The notes under the pieces are model-generated. The model had not been told where the DNA came from. It made no database searches and saw nothing but the letters and a program-made list of their open reading frames with translations. Source: Azolla caroliniana (lineage: Eukaryota > Plantae > Polypodiophyta). Taken from it: a stretch of DNA of 64,000 bases. The translations under genes were made by a program, and so were the position numbers. Location of the stretch: the NCBI GenBank assembly GCA_043228905.1, contig JBHGNT010000015.1, positions 14,508,001 through 14,572,000 on the forward strand. The letters are read 5' to 3'. Shown here piece after piece: positions 20,401 to 34,174 of this stretch; the first letter of the stretch is position 1, and every line of letters starts with the position of its first letter.

Positions 20401-23400
20401 GCTGATACCCAAATGAAGAATGATCCTGGGGGGAATTTCATTGAAGAGGCTTTTGGAATCCCAGACAATACCTTTTTACCTGACAGTCTCAGTGGCCATC
20501 TCAGTGATGATAATGATCCTCAACAGAATTCATTAAGTGATCCTCAAAGGCAAGTAACCACATCAATAACTACATATTCTCCCATTGAAATGGGTGATCT
20601 ACAAGCTTCATGGTTACCTTCACATATCTCAGGGAGTACAGGGGAGACGGGTGGTCCTGTCCATTGCTTTGCAGAAGAAGAAATCACATCTTCCAAATAT
20701 TTGACCGAGGGGTTAGCATACTTCAATGAGGATTTTATGTCTTCTGCTCAAAATAAGGAGTGGTGTTCTGGAATAAGGTCTTCTGGGGACAGGGTTCCAA
20801 ACTTGATAGGTAATGCATCAGTAATTTCGAATGTTACAGAAGGAAAGGGGGAGCTTCCTACATTGTATTCAGATCTTGTCCAAACAAGCCTAGTTGAAGA
20901 TGATCTAGCTCATATGCCAAACAACAGGGAAGCAGTGGTAACTTCGTCATTGCTTTATTCAGAACCAACACTATCTATACAGAATTGGAATGAAAGTCTG
21001 GCAGCCACAAAGTTGGAGGAGCAAGAACCAACTGAAAGTTTTCTTGACAATGAGAAGAAAGATGAAGTGACATTGTGTGGCATAGTGAGGAAAGTTTCGG
21101 TGAGTAGATTTTCCTTGATATAAAAATTTAAGAATTTACAAAATTTCATGATTCTTTTACAAGAAGCTTTACCTGGTATGTACATCAGGTAATGAAGGTA
21201 GATGAAGATTCAGGTGATACAAATGGGGATAAATCAAATACACATCTGCATCCTGCTGCGGTTGCAGAAGCAGAAGCTATCTCTCGTGGGTTGCAGGTAC
21301 TTTTTATTGAGTATATTTAAACTTGTGTCTTTGTCTCTGTGTCTACCTTTTCCAGATACAGACATTGATGAGTAGGAATCTAACTGTATTTGAAGCTGCT
21401 CAGCATGCATTTCCATTCTCTTAGATCACACTTCTCTTCCTTGGGTTTGTTTTAAATTATTCTTCTCCTCATGAGTTTTCGCATTTCTTTCCTTTGATCG
21501 TAACTCAAGTTTTCTGAGGCTGCATTTACTCAATTCCTTTCAAGTTACATCTACACTTTGAGTGTGAAGACAATGCTAGCTCTTGATCTTGTACTAGAGA
21601 AAGGGAAGTCACGTTTTTATGTGCTGCATATAACTGCTAATATTTTTTGGTTTCTTCTTGTCACACGTCACACTTCATTTCTGCGTCTATAGTTGAAATT
21701 CTGTTTTTTGTCTTTTTGAACTCGTTTGCTTGTTTATGGAGGGAGAGTTTGCTCAGATTCTTCTCATGTTTGTTTTTCTCAGGAATACTTTTCAAATCAG
21801 TTCATAAATGGACTAAAATCTTAGATAACTACATACTTTAATTTATACACTTTTACATTTGAATGAACTTATTTCTCAATTATCTAGATGTAGGACGTAT
21901 TAAGACACTGAACCTTCTGATGTAGACACTCTGACTGCGGGGTCAAGTAGGCTATTTATATTGATGCGCTACCATATACCACTCTTAAATATTTCTATCA
22001 TACCTGCATTTATTTTCAAGCAATTACACATTCTATCAAGGGGAAAAGGCTCTATCAACCTCTCTTTCTCCTTCATGGACTGTTGATCTTTTGGGTTGAT
22101 TTGATGGATGAAGATTCTAAAGATTTATCCTTGCTTTGGTTTGGTAGAATAGAAAATCCATTTCTTGTAACCTCTATCAACCTCTCTTTCTCCTTCATGG
22201 ACTGTTGATCTTTTGGGTTGATTTGATGGATGAAGATTCTAAAGATTTATCCTTGCTTTGGTTTGGTAGAATAGAAAATCCATTTCTTGTAACCAGTTCG
22301 AATGGAAGAAACAAATAGATTCTTTCTTAGAGGCAACTCATCCTTCGTGAATGTACCGTACAACCATGTTGTAATAATGTGCTCCTATGTAGGGGATGTG
22401 TAGTATTAAAAACTACAGCAAAAGCAAGAAATTAGACAATGCATAAAAGAGGAATGTGGAATGTAACAAGGCTATGAACAGCCTATGGGAGGATGAGAAA
22501 CCTCTTTAGTGGCTGTGGAAAACAGGCTCAAATGAGCTTACAAAAGAGAGAATATATTTCTGAAGCTACATGGGTGAAAGCTAGATGAAAAGTGAATGTG
22601 AAATTGACTATAGAAGGCCCTTTATATTGGTCCCAACTGTATATGTCCCAGCTTATAGTAGGTGACTGGCTGTAGACCTCCATTAATGGGGCCAGTTAGG
22701 TGGGTATAGGCTCTGAACAAACTCCCTGGAATATGGGCAGTGAAGTGAGTTCAGTCCCAATCTTAATCCACAAATCAACTAAGCACATGGCAATAAATAC
22801 ACCTAACTAGATGGCTGTGCAGTGCTGTAACACCTGCCTGTAATTACCTCTAAAGGTGGGACCTACAGACAATAGCTATAACTAACAAATCAAAGTCTTC
22901 ATTTGGGCATGTTTGATGACAATGTCTGCATGCTGCCCGCAGATTGTCAAAACTGGAATTCAACTCTTAAGCAAGGTATGATATAAACCTGAATATATTT
23001 AGTGTGGGCATGAAAAGCAGGGTTATAAGTGATGACAATGCAATTCTGGTTACAGTGAAGAAGAGATGCAGTTATTAATGGGCTCCAGTTCACCAAGAAG
23101 TCGATGTGGCCAAATTGCTTCAAATGAAGTGAAACAAGCAGCTCAATACTGGGATTCATAGTAGCACAACTATGGGTTCTCACTTATTGCTCCATGACAT
23201 GGGACTTGAATCCAAGCGAAAGACTACTTTAGTGGTTGACTTCCTGGTTTGGGGGTTCCTGGCCCGATTAGAATCACTCTACATCGGAAAAATGCACTCG
23301 ATAGGTAGAAGATTGACTAGAAGCCATTTTGGAGATGTTTCACGAGGCACTTTGTGGCATTGTTGAAACTGGCCTATGAAGTTTTTTCACTCATTAAGAC

Positions 23401-26400
23401 TTCTGTCACATCCAGGAAGCCCGATTGCTCCTGGACAAGGAAGTTGAAACCATTTTGGTCGGAAGGTTGTCACTCCTTTTGGTATTCCTCTAATCACAAT
23501 CAACAGAGGAAGTTGCAGAATAAGATAGAGCCCATATCCTAAAAGCAAAGTTAGCAATTTAAGCCTATCTACGCACGTCAGTGTCTTACCTTGTCAGTGA
23601 TCTAGGCACTGATAACTTTCCATGATTCCTAAAGAGACTTCGTAAGGCACAACTTTACAATTAGACACATATCTTTACGCACATTGGAACCCAATGCGAA
23701 TTGTGGCCTTGGATCTAGTGACCATTGGCCCTTGACTGTTGCACCATGGTCTTCTCAGAGTTGTCTTGCACAATTTTAAGGGTTCTGGGTGAGCAAGTAA
23801 ATACTTCATTGTAAAGAAACATTTCCTGGTGATAATTGCAATGTATTTGACTTTGAAGCTCCACATGCTGACTTTGAAGCAGAGTCAAGGAAAGAATAGG
23901 TAAGCCACATGAAGAATTGGTTGTTAGGACCCTTTCTAGCTCCATATGAAAATATAGCTGGCAGGAAAAATTAGGTGGCTGTTGTAGCACCGTGACTTTT
24001 GAGCTGTATTGCTGCTAATGTCTTGCTATATGAAACTTTTTACCCTTATGATTTATGATTCTAGAATATTGAAGAGACTATACTTTACAAAACATTTATT
24101 GCGAGATCTAGATACCTATGAATATTATGGAATTCATTTAAAGTGTATTCTTTCATACCGATGGAAATACTGGAGGGATTATATAATTTTTTTGCCTCAG
24201 CAGCAATGGTTCACGGATCTCTCAGGATCAATACATTTTCTTAGATGTGATACTGTTTTGTGGTTCTTGTATTGGTGGCAATACATGATTTCTCAGGTTT
24301 CTTTTGATGGGTTTAGTAATATCGCCACAGGCTGAGAGAGAAAAGGGGAACTCAAATAGCTCCACAAGAAGTTGGAGAACTTATGTGCCATAAGAGGTTT
24401 GAGGCTTCATAGAAATGGACCTTCTAGGGTTAGAGAGACTGGTAACACGACTTTATTACTCTTAACACGGTTTCGTATCATAATCTGAGGCTTTGAATAT
24501 TTTATGAGACTCCATAACTTGAATAAAATTTAGGATTTCATATTGGTTCTTTTAAGTGTGTAAGTTAGAAATTTATGATGGCTTAAATATTTGACTATTT
24601 GGTGAAGTCTTCATGATTCGTTTTGGCTTTTAACAATGATAATGTGTGTATGCAACCCAAACCCTAAAACCCATTTGTGGCCCAAAAATAATTTCTACAT
24701 ATAATTGACTTGTGTTGGTGAAATTGGTGGTAGCAATTTATAAATATCCCCATGGTATCTCATTTATGGTGAGGAGTGTTGTTTGCATATTAAGGAAGCA
24801 ATATTGTTGTGCTTTTGATTGCAATTTACATACAAGTAAATATATTCATGGCAGTCTTTATCTTCGTGGTCAACCCATGCTAGTATGTTGGGGGTGGGGT
24901 TTATGTCTTCAATCATTCTCGTCATAAGCTGTAGCTGTAATGCAAGCACTGGAAGTGATATGTGTGTAGAAAGTTTTAAGTGAGAAGTTATTAATTGATT
25001 TATTAAGTGATATGTCCTTTTCTGTCTAGACAATAAAAAATGCAGATTTGGAAGAGCTAAGAGAATTGGGGACTGGCAACTTTGGCACAGTTTATCATGG
25101 AAAATGGAGAGGGACTGATGTTGCTATCAAACGCATCAAATCTAGTTGTTTCACTGGAAGACCATCAGAAAGGGAACGCTTGGTATGATTTTTATGCTAG
25201 CCATAACATCACACTGCACCAAGTAATGTGTCAGTTAAATCATGGCATAGTGAAAAATCCTGTTTCTGTAGATTGCAGACTTTTGGAATGAAGCGTATGT
25301 GCTAGGACAGCTGCATCACCCAAATGTGGTAGCATTTTATGGTGTAGTTCCAGATGGACCTGATGGAACCTTAGCAACAGTTACTGAGTACATGGTTAAT
25401 GGATCCCTGAAGCAAGTTTTGCAGAAAAAAGATAGGTAAGTGTTATTGTAGACATTCCTACTGTCATTCTTTTTATAGGACAAGCTTTTAGAAAACATGC
25501 ACTAGTTTAGGCACTCAAAATAGAGGACTCGCTATGCATTGAATTCTGTCCTAAATGTATATTCATCTATGCTTTTGTTACCTTTTAAGTTTTCTTGCAT
25601 TCACCCTTTTGCAGGACGATTGATCGTCGGAAGAGATTGCTAATAATCATGGATGCTGCATTTGGAATGGAGTATTTACATGGGAAAAATATTATACACT
25701 TTGATTTTAAGTGTGAGAACTTGCTTGTCAACATGAAAGATCCCCAACGACCTATTTGCAAGGTGATTCCTTTTTATATCTTTCTTCTTTTTCTGAAAAA
25801 TGAAATAAATACAAGACTTTTAATTGTCTGTGGGAATTTTCTTTATCTGTGCAAAACTCAATTAGTGCATTTATTGATGCAGCAGAAACCTGTCCTCCTA
25901 TGTGATCGTGTTTGTTTGGATTTTACTTCAAACTTACATACTAAAAAGAGCAATCAATATCAATTTATTATTCTGATACTTTAGTCAAGTGGCTTCGTAT
26001 TAGCTTGGGAAGATTTTCTGTTTCTGGAAGCAGATTTTTTATGCCACCACTTTCTTGCGGAAATGTCTTTCTGCTTCATTTCCCTTTAAAACTGTCCTCA
26101 TAGATGAGGAACTACAGCTGTTAGAGAATTTATTTCTCTTGATAATCTTCAAATACTCATGACCAATTTCAGTATTAGGAACTTGCCTTCAGGAATGGTT
26201 ATAGGGGTTGTTTGCAGTATTTACGAATGCATTGGGAATATTTGAAAATGGCTGGCCAAACATAAATATACATGCAATGATCCCCTGAACGCAAAATCAG
26301 TATCAAAATGGTCATGTTCTGTTTTGATACACAATGGAGTGGGAGTGGAGGGGCATGCCAAATGATGAAATGGAGGAAGAAAGGTATATTAACATATTTT

Positions 26401-27980
26401 GCCAGACCAAAATGGCCTATAAGATGGAATGAGAGATTACATCTTAAAATGTTGTCTCTTCTTTGAGAACTACAAAACAAAATAATTATTAATAAATATA
26501 AGATACTGAAGTGTCTCATAGCTTAGCACTTCCCTGTTCTGAACTTAGGATAGACCAAAATGGCTGCCTTTGAAAAAATCCTCAATGTAGGCTGGTTTGA
26601 GCTAGAGGGGATTCCCAAGCAAGGAATGGAGCCATGGTCCTAATGTCCAGGGCCTACGTGGATGACAAATTGCTATTGCGTGATCTATTGTAACTCCTTT
26701 TAAAGTGTCTTGTTCGAAACCCCACTCACACATAGCCCTTGGTTTTTTAGGACTGATGGGGCAAAAGGAAGTTCTGATGGTTCTTTTTTGGCAAGTTCTA
26801 GTTGTATAGATGTCCTTCAACTTCTCTCTCTATTCCTTTTGAGTTCTGGCAAGAATAGTATCAAGCATAGATATGCTTTATCTGCTGTCAACCCAATAGG
26901 TCTATTGGGGATACTGAACTCTCTTATATCAGGTACTTGGATTATCCCTAATATTGAGTCACAAAAGAGACTGGTTAATTCTGAAGAAGATGAACATAGG
27001 TTATTGAATACGAGCTTCATGGTTTGTCCCCATAGGTAGTTACTTTGAGAGTGCACTGATGGGTGTTTGTATTTTCAAATACTTGTAGTCTGTCTGTGTA
27101 AGATCTTATAGGCCATACATTATCATGAGGTTCTTTCCATTATAGTGATCCCACCATCTCTATAGACACCCATTTTCCTTACTTTCTTGCATGAAGCACT
27201 GATGGTATGTTTTCTTTGTGGTACGCAACTTGAGTTAGTGTGACATCTTGATAGTGAGTAAAATATAGTGAGGCAATTGAATGTCCTCTTGAAGGATAGG
27301 AAGCTTGTGAAGAAAAACAATGTAGTTACTGAATAACCCCTACCTACATAACATTGATTTTAAGTCAAAAGTCGAGAACTATAGAATCTGTACACCAGTT
27401 GATTTCGAGATTACAACTCAATTTTTTGTTAATGTTGTAGGTAGGTGACTTGGGGTTATCAAAAGTGAAGCGTCAAACAATGGTTTCAGGCGGTGTGCGA
27501 GGCACCTTGCCGTGGATGGCTCCAGAGTTGCTCAATGGTAGCAGCAGCTTTGTAACTGATAAGGTAGATCCCATCTCTGTCTGTTTTCTAAGACTTCCTT
27601 CACAGGTTGAAATTTATTCTTATATATTTGTTGTAGGTTGATGTGTTTTCTTTTGGTGTTGTGATGTGGGAGCTCCTTACTGGTGAGGAACCATATGCCG
27701 ACATGCATTATGGTGCGATAATTGGTAGGGTTTTAGAATGCTTATATAGCATATCATTTGATTTTTACGGGCGTTACATAGTTCGTGATGGTAAATTGTC
27801 ATGTAATTATATATACTAGGAGGTATTGTTAATAACACGCTTCGACCAACAATACCAAGCTGGTGTGAACCTGCATGGAAGTCATTGATGGAGAGGTGCT
27901 GGTCAACTGATCCATCGGAGAGACCTTCCTTTGTAGAGGTTGCTGCAGAATTGAGAGCAATGGCAAATTCAAAGTCATAA
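17446..27980 (+). CDS. PB1-domain B4-group Raf-like MAP3K (family of Marchantia PRAF and Arabidopsis HCR1), about 1491 aa
   Basis: Coding exons 17446-17829, 17953-21099, 21189-21296, 25030-25182, 25272-25435, 25615-25762, 27441-27563, 27637-27724, 27820-27980. All GT-AG, phases consistent, 4476 nt. PB1 [21 protein letters not shown]...KLRIFLF. Kinase [52 protein letters not shown]. Confidence 0.93.
22050..22294. repeat. 122-bp tandem duplication in kinase intron
   Basis: CTCTATCAACC...CATTTCTTGTAAC begins at 22050 and again at 22172, apparently identical. Confidence 0.9.
22930..23180 (-). mobile_element. Ancient copia RNase H remnant inside the intron
   Basis: Minus-strand translation ..LHCNQN...[12 protein letters not shown] resembles copia CDNQ...NPVFHARTKHI. 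Confidence 0.6.
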
Positions 27981-27982
27981 CA

Positions 27983-28055
27983 TGCTTATGGATATCACCT
28001 ACCTCGCGACGTTCTCTTGGTTTTTGCTTATGGATATCACCTACCTCGCGACGTT
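27983..28055 (+). repeat. About 31-bp direct repeat at the start of the 3' UTR
   Basis: TGCTTATGGATATCACCTACCTCGCGACGTT occurs twice. Confidence 0.85.
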
Positions 28056-30882
28056 TTTTGTGCTCTTCCATGATTGCTACTGCGATATCGGTCACGATAT
28101 CAGGTTTACGATGCTGTATAGCTACGTTGGAGTGCTTCTAGGGTTGTGATTATTATTAGTATTATTATTATTATATTATCTCTTGGTATCTCATGTGATA
28201 TAAAATTTTGTCATGACCAAGGGATATTTGTTGATATCAGAGTAGGCATGAGGCTGTAAAATGGTAAAGGGTACATATCAGTGTGACAGTTTTGGTTTGT
28301 CAATATATTGTGCTTGAAAGCATATATTTTTTAAATCAACGTAATATACACAGAATTTCTGGATTCTATTAAAAAAATAAAAGCAATCATCTTTGTAATA
28401 TATGCATTTGACAAATGTGCTGTGGTCAAGGTTGTATTTTTTTTAGTTAAAAATAACCTGCAGGGTGCAATATTGAGTGCTAGTTTTGTACATGCAATTG
28501 TGACTGTCTCATTTGAGACAATGTATATGTGCAATAGCTAGAGTTCACCATTTGTACAACTTTCTTAGTTGGATCATCCACACATAAAACAAAATCTTCC
28601 TACTCTTTCACATATACAAAAATGGTTGTATGCAATCTATTGAAAATATGTTTATCTAAAAGGCGAGATGCACTTGCTTCAACATTAGTAAAGGAAAGTT
28701 CCCTATGTAACGAAGCTTAAAGAATTCTTTACACATCTTGAATTATTTACGTTTGTTTAAGATTAATGATGTCTATTCTTATCCTTAGTGGGTAGACGTC
28801 ATGATTTATGATAAGTTGTTACCATGGGCTCTTTTCTATTGAGATGGCAAGGGGAGGTCAAATGACTTTGCCCACATTAATCCTCTTCATTTCTTTTCTT
28901 GTTGAGCAACATCGCAATTGTGAAGCTATGATGACATATTAAGAGGGGGTGATGACTTGAGTGTCACATCAAAGATATAATCTAGAAGGTTGGGCTCATA
29001 CGTGTGTGCTTTACTCACACATCAATACTTCGTGTTTTGAGTATGATTATCCGTTCTTAGGAAAGACACATCAAGAAAACATTTGTGCTTAGGTTCCTTC
29101 GTATCGATATTGGCCTCACTATAGACAGAAAAAATATCCAACCTATTCTAATATAATCCAAGGTTGAGAAGGCCATCGTGTGCCCTCAACATTAATGATC
29201 ATCTAACACATAGGACTACAAGGTAGACGCATCATATAAGCAAGAAGCGTACTTGCCCCCTATCCTTGCAAACATTTTCACTAGGGTCTTGGTAGAGGGC
29301 ATTCTCAACACATTGACCATGCAAACCATTGTGCTTACTAAGACTAAAAAAATATTGGACTATCATGATTGACCAAACATTGGCCAAATGTTGCTCAAGC
29401 TTCAAAAGTATAAGGAAATCAACAATTGCATTAGCATGCAAGATGCAATGCCTATAGCACATCACTAGTTTCTTGTACAACATGCCTAGGAGTCACCATA
29501 GAGTAAGGAGACGAATGCTAAGAATAAAGGAAACTATGAGTACCGAAGTACAAGGCACATGGTCTATACGATCACCAAATTATGGAGATAATTGCTCGTA
29601 CAAAATGCAATTGATAAACTTAGTCCTATCGTCATTTCAACAAATGAACCAACATTGGATATGATGGCTAGTTTTCACTTTTCTCATACATTTTAGCCAT
29701 ACACAACATGATGAACCCCCTAAGAACACCCATATGTATACAAATATATTAAACTTGTGTAAAGTATTCAACAAAGATACACACCACCTCTACAAAATAC
29801 ATTATATTCACTCCTTATAGGGCTTGACTATTTAGGCCCTAATCCTCTTATATCTCTGCCCATGATACTATTGAAAAAATAAATATTGTACACTACATAA
29901 AAATGTGAATGTAAAAGAATATTGACATAAATGTATGTTTATGTATAAGAACAAGAATGTTTTCTATGTAAGTTTACATGACGATTAGCAATGTTACGAA
30001 ACCAAGATCAAGATTGTAATAGAAACTCATTCTAGCTATGTTAGAAAACCAGAAGTTAGCAAATTATGGCACAAATCAATAGAGAGCAAATAACTCCATG
30101 AAAACCAGAAGATTTAGAAGTTCATGTTTGTGAAATGCAAGAACGTGTGAACACCAATTTAGCTTGAGACATTCTTTGAATAACTAAACAATTTAATCAT
30201 GTGTGCCAAACTAATTCTAGGACATTCTTGAATCATGCATGAATCTTCAATCATTTTGTATGTGCCAAACTAATTTTCCATTGTGATGTTGTTGGGAACA
30301 TTACTAGAGGAACATTGATGTTATGGGGAATCTATGACCTCAAGGTTCTACCCCAGAGTATTAGTCATATATTCATGATGATTTAGGTGGCCAGTTTCGC
30401 CTTTCAAAGATGCTATATTTTTACATAGATAATTTTGTATTAAACTTTTTTTTTTCGTTTCAAATTGTCTCACAAGTTGTATGTGTGAGTGAATGAATGA
30501 GGGTCTAAATAATAGAATATATGAATCATAAAAAAATAAAAAAGCCTCTAAAAACTAGAAATGCGAAAATTTCAATTAGTGACTTACACGACTAGAGAAG
30601 TCCGTCTAAAGGAGCATGAACATTCTCAATAGAGCAATGATAGCATGGAATGGATGTCATGGCATCCATAAGGAACTCATATGGTGTAAGCCTCATGTCA
30701 TGGTATGACAATGTTCTAAGATAAAAAACATTAATGTACTCCAAGATAGTTGAGGATATGTATATTATGTATAAACAACAAAGATACAATATGGTGCAAT
30801 GCTAGAATGTACTGAGAGCTTTCAAGAAGTCGATTTCTCATGCCCAAATAAAAGCTTTTCAACCAAGCACATGCCTTACAAA

Positions 30883-33826
30883 TGTCATAATATGGCATGG
30901 TATGGCTCCGAAGGGATTTGAACCCATGACCTTGTGTTACATGGACGAAACCCTTGCCATTAAACTATGAATTAAAATACCAAAAATATTGGTTTCATTT
31001 ATTATTTCTATAGGAAATTCATGTATATTCTAGATTACTCTGAAGCATTCTAGAAACTCCAAGAGTAATCTTGACAACACTATAAATAGAGGCATAAGGC
31101 ATTAACCCGAACCAATTAAGTTCAACGCTAGTCTTAAGCCTCCTAGCTGTTCTTATATCTTTCTTCATATAATATACTTCTTGTTGTCATCATTATCTCT
31201 CTCTACTCTCTCGTGGTTCTCACACACTCTTTCCCTTCTTAGTACTAATCCTCATTCTTCTCCTCTATCTTTAGTACTAATTCTCCTTGGCTGTAGTACT
31301 ATCCTTGACAGTTTGAACCGAATTACCTTCACCTTCGTATCCCTCCTTCCCTTCATACTAATATTCTTATCCTTCTTTCCTCCAATACTATGGCAATTGT
31401 TAGCGCTCAAGAATACCAATATGTTTTCTCGGAGCTATAGTGTTTGAAAGAAAGGTTTGTCACATTGGAACAAGAAAATCAACGGTTGTTGGGGGAGTTG
31501 CAACAACAACATGGGGAGTTAACGTTACACGTGCAACAACTTGAAGCAACCATTGTAGCATTGCAACAACAAGGATCAAATACTCACGAGATTCATAAAG
31601 AGCCCAAGATCGGCCTTCCTATGAAATTCGATGGAACGCGATCGCAGTTCAGAGGATTCCTTAATTAGGTACAATTAGTCATTCAAGTGCATCCTTCCCA
31701 ATATCCCACTGATGCATCATGAGTGGGTCTAGTAGGCACGTTACTAAGCGTCTCAACTTTGGCATGGTTCGCTCGGTTTTTGGGAAAAAGTTCTCCATTA
31801 CTAAATAATTTTGAAGGGTTTATAAGCTAGTTTAAAGCCCGTTTTGGAGATACAAATAGCATAAGGACGACAATCAACAAAATCCGATGATTACGTCAAG
31901 GTGATCGTCCAACCTTCGCTTACACTGTAGATTTCCGTCTACTTACCTCTGATATCCCCTGGGATGATCAAGCATTGATGGAGCAATTTCGATACGGCCT
32001 ACGAAATGTTGTCAAAGACTTACTCCTGACTTTCTCTGAAGAACCAAAATCACTCACAGAGGCAATCAGTCGAGCAGTACGATGCGATAACAGGCTTTTC
32101 GAACGACGTTTGGAATGGCAGTTACAAATGCCAAGGAACAGGTCGGAGCCCACATACGCCTCGGTCATAGCAAAACCATTTGCAAGGGAGTCATATAATG
32201 CATCTCCGGCAAATACTCCAACACTGATGGAAATCGACACCACATGTCGTTGTGACCATTGTTGGAAAAAGAAAAGCAACGGCGCCGAGTAAATCGATTA
32301 TGTCTTTACTGTGGAGAACCAGGGCATATCGTAGTAAACTGTCCACATAGGCCAAAAAGACAGGTAAATCAAATAGTAGCTTTTACTAAACCCGAGTTTA
32401 TTTCGGTAGGAGTGTCTGATAGTCCTAACAGTACTAATAACCCAAGTCTATCGAACAGATTTGAAGTCCTTAGTTAGTTATAAGAAGAGTTAAACTTCTA
32501 AGTCCTGCCAAAATAGGAGTCGTTTGGTTGGACAACCCTAGATTTATGCAACCCATTAGTGGTTCCATTTCCTCTAAGCAAGTTAGCAATGTCTTCCTAG
32601 CTCAAGTAACCATTAGTACTAAAAGTATCCTCTAGTACATGTCTTAGCACTCCTAGATTCTGGAGCTAATTCTTGCTTCATGGATAAGAATTTTGCCCAA
32701 GCTCATCAGATATCCCTAAGAAAACTCCGTTCCCCAGCCTCTGTAGTAGTCATTGATGGTCGCCCCATTGCGTCTGGAAATATCGTAGAAGAGTCAAAGC
32801 CAATTAGTGTTGTCCTAGATAATTTGACATGTGAAGTATCATTCAATATAATTAGTAGTCCAAAACATCCCATTGTTTTGGGGTTACCATGGGTTTGAGT
32901 TACACATCCGGTCATAGATTGGAGAACAAGAGAAATCCGGTATCAACAACCTTGAGAATCTACTCATAAGGTTTCAACCATTTCACTACATCAACTGCGT
33001 GGGGAAGGACACAAGGAATCACTATTTGTATTCGTAGTATCAGTAAAACCTTCCAACATCACTAAAGAGGAATGCATAATTCAACTTCCAGAGAAGTATC
33101 GTCATTATGCCAACGTGTTTGATAAGGTACAAGCCAGTACTCTTCCTCGGCATCGACCGTATGATTGTCCCATTGATTTACAACCAAGAAAAGAGCCACC
33201 ATGGGGACCGATCTACAACTTGTCACCAACCGAGCTAGAAGTCCTTCGAGCCTACATAGAAGAGAATTTGGCGAACGGGTTCATTCGACATTCGAAATCT
33301 CCAGCCGGCGCACCCATTTTCTTTGTCAAGAAAAAGGATGGATCACGTCGTCTTGTCGTAGATTACTGTGTCTTGAATAAGGTCACCATCAGGAATAGGT
33401 ATGCATTCCCCCGTATCTCAAGTCTTTTAGAACGGATCAATGATGCAAGGTTCTTCACAAAACTCAACTTACGAGGCGCATATAACCTCGTACGGATTCG
33501 ACCAAGAGATGAATAAAAGACCGCTTTTCGCACCTAATACAGGCACTTCAAGTATACAGTCATGCCATTCGGTCTCACCAATGCGGCAACAGTCTTCCAA
33601 CACATGACAAATGATATATTCTGAGATCTCTTGGATATTTGTTTAATCATCGATTTGGATGATCTACTAGTTTATTCGAAGACTCAGGAAGAGCATGATT
33701 CTCGTGTACTATTAGTACTAAAACGACTTCGAGAACATGGTCTTTATGCAAAACTGGAAAATTTTAGTTTTGAGTGCAACCAGGTGGAATTTCTAGGCTA
33801 TGTCATCTCCTTGGAAGGCATCTCCA
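30883..33826 (+). mobile_element. Second Tcn1-like chromovirus; 5' part (LTR, gag, protease, partial RT), degenerate and 3'-truncated
   Basis: LTR 30883-31310; gag PMKFDG, knuckle [20 protein letters not shown] protease; RT highly similar to 3509-3965; many stops. Confidence 0.9.
30903..30970 (-). promoter_or_regulatory. tRNA-like A-box/B-box cassette in LTR U3, antisense
   Basis: Minus strand TAGTTTAATGG ... GGTTCAAATCC (43-nt spacing), then CTTCGGAGCCA. Confidence 0.68.
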
Positions 33827-34174
33827 GAGAAAACAATGGAAGAACACAATGCGCAGGAGAGACAGAGAGAGCAAAAGACTAAACTAAAATTCAAATATAA
33901 TACTTCTCTATACATACAACTGTGGTCAGAGAGCACTTTTATACAAGTCCTTAAAGGACGGTCAAAAGCACTTCAATGCTCATAACGGAGCTACTGACAC
34001 TAACTCCTAAACATATAATTGCCTACTAAACTAGGAGCGTAGGCCTCAAACGGCCTATGGGCTCCCCGCGGATCTGGTCCTCCGATCCAGTCCGGGCCTA
34101 GCCGATCGGTCTTCATCCAATCCTGCTCTCGGCTTATGCAACCGATCCAACCCATGTTGAGCTTGCTTCTCAAA
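33827..34174 (-). mobile_element. Truncated copia-type LTR fragment
   Basis: End TTGAGCTTGCTTCTCAAA resembles the reverse complement of the copia-B LTR start; TATA-like TTTTATAC. Confidence 0.45.

Noticed and set aside
17935-21123. 1062-aa ORF as a standalone PB1 protein
   Set aside because: It is coding exon 2 of the kinase gene, with splice sites at 17953 and 21099 and in-phase downstream kinase exons.
28600-30880. Possible degenerate TE or gene fragment downstream of the kinase
   Set aside because: No motif, terminus or repeat partner I could support.
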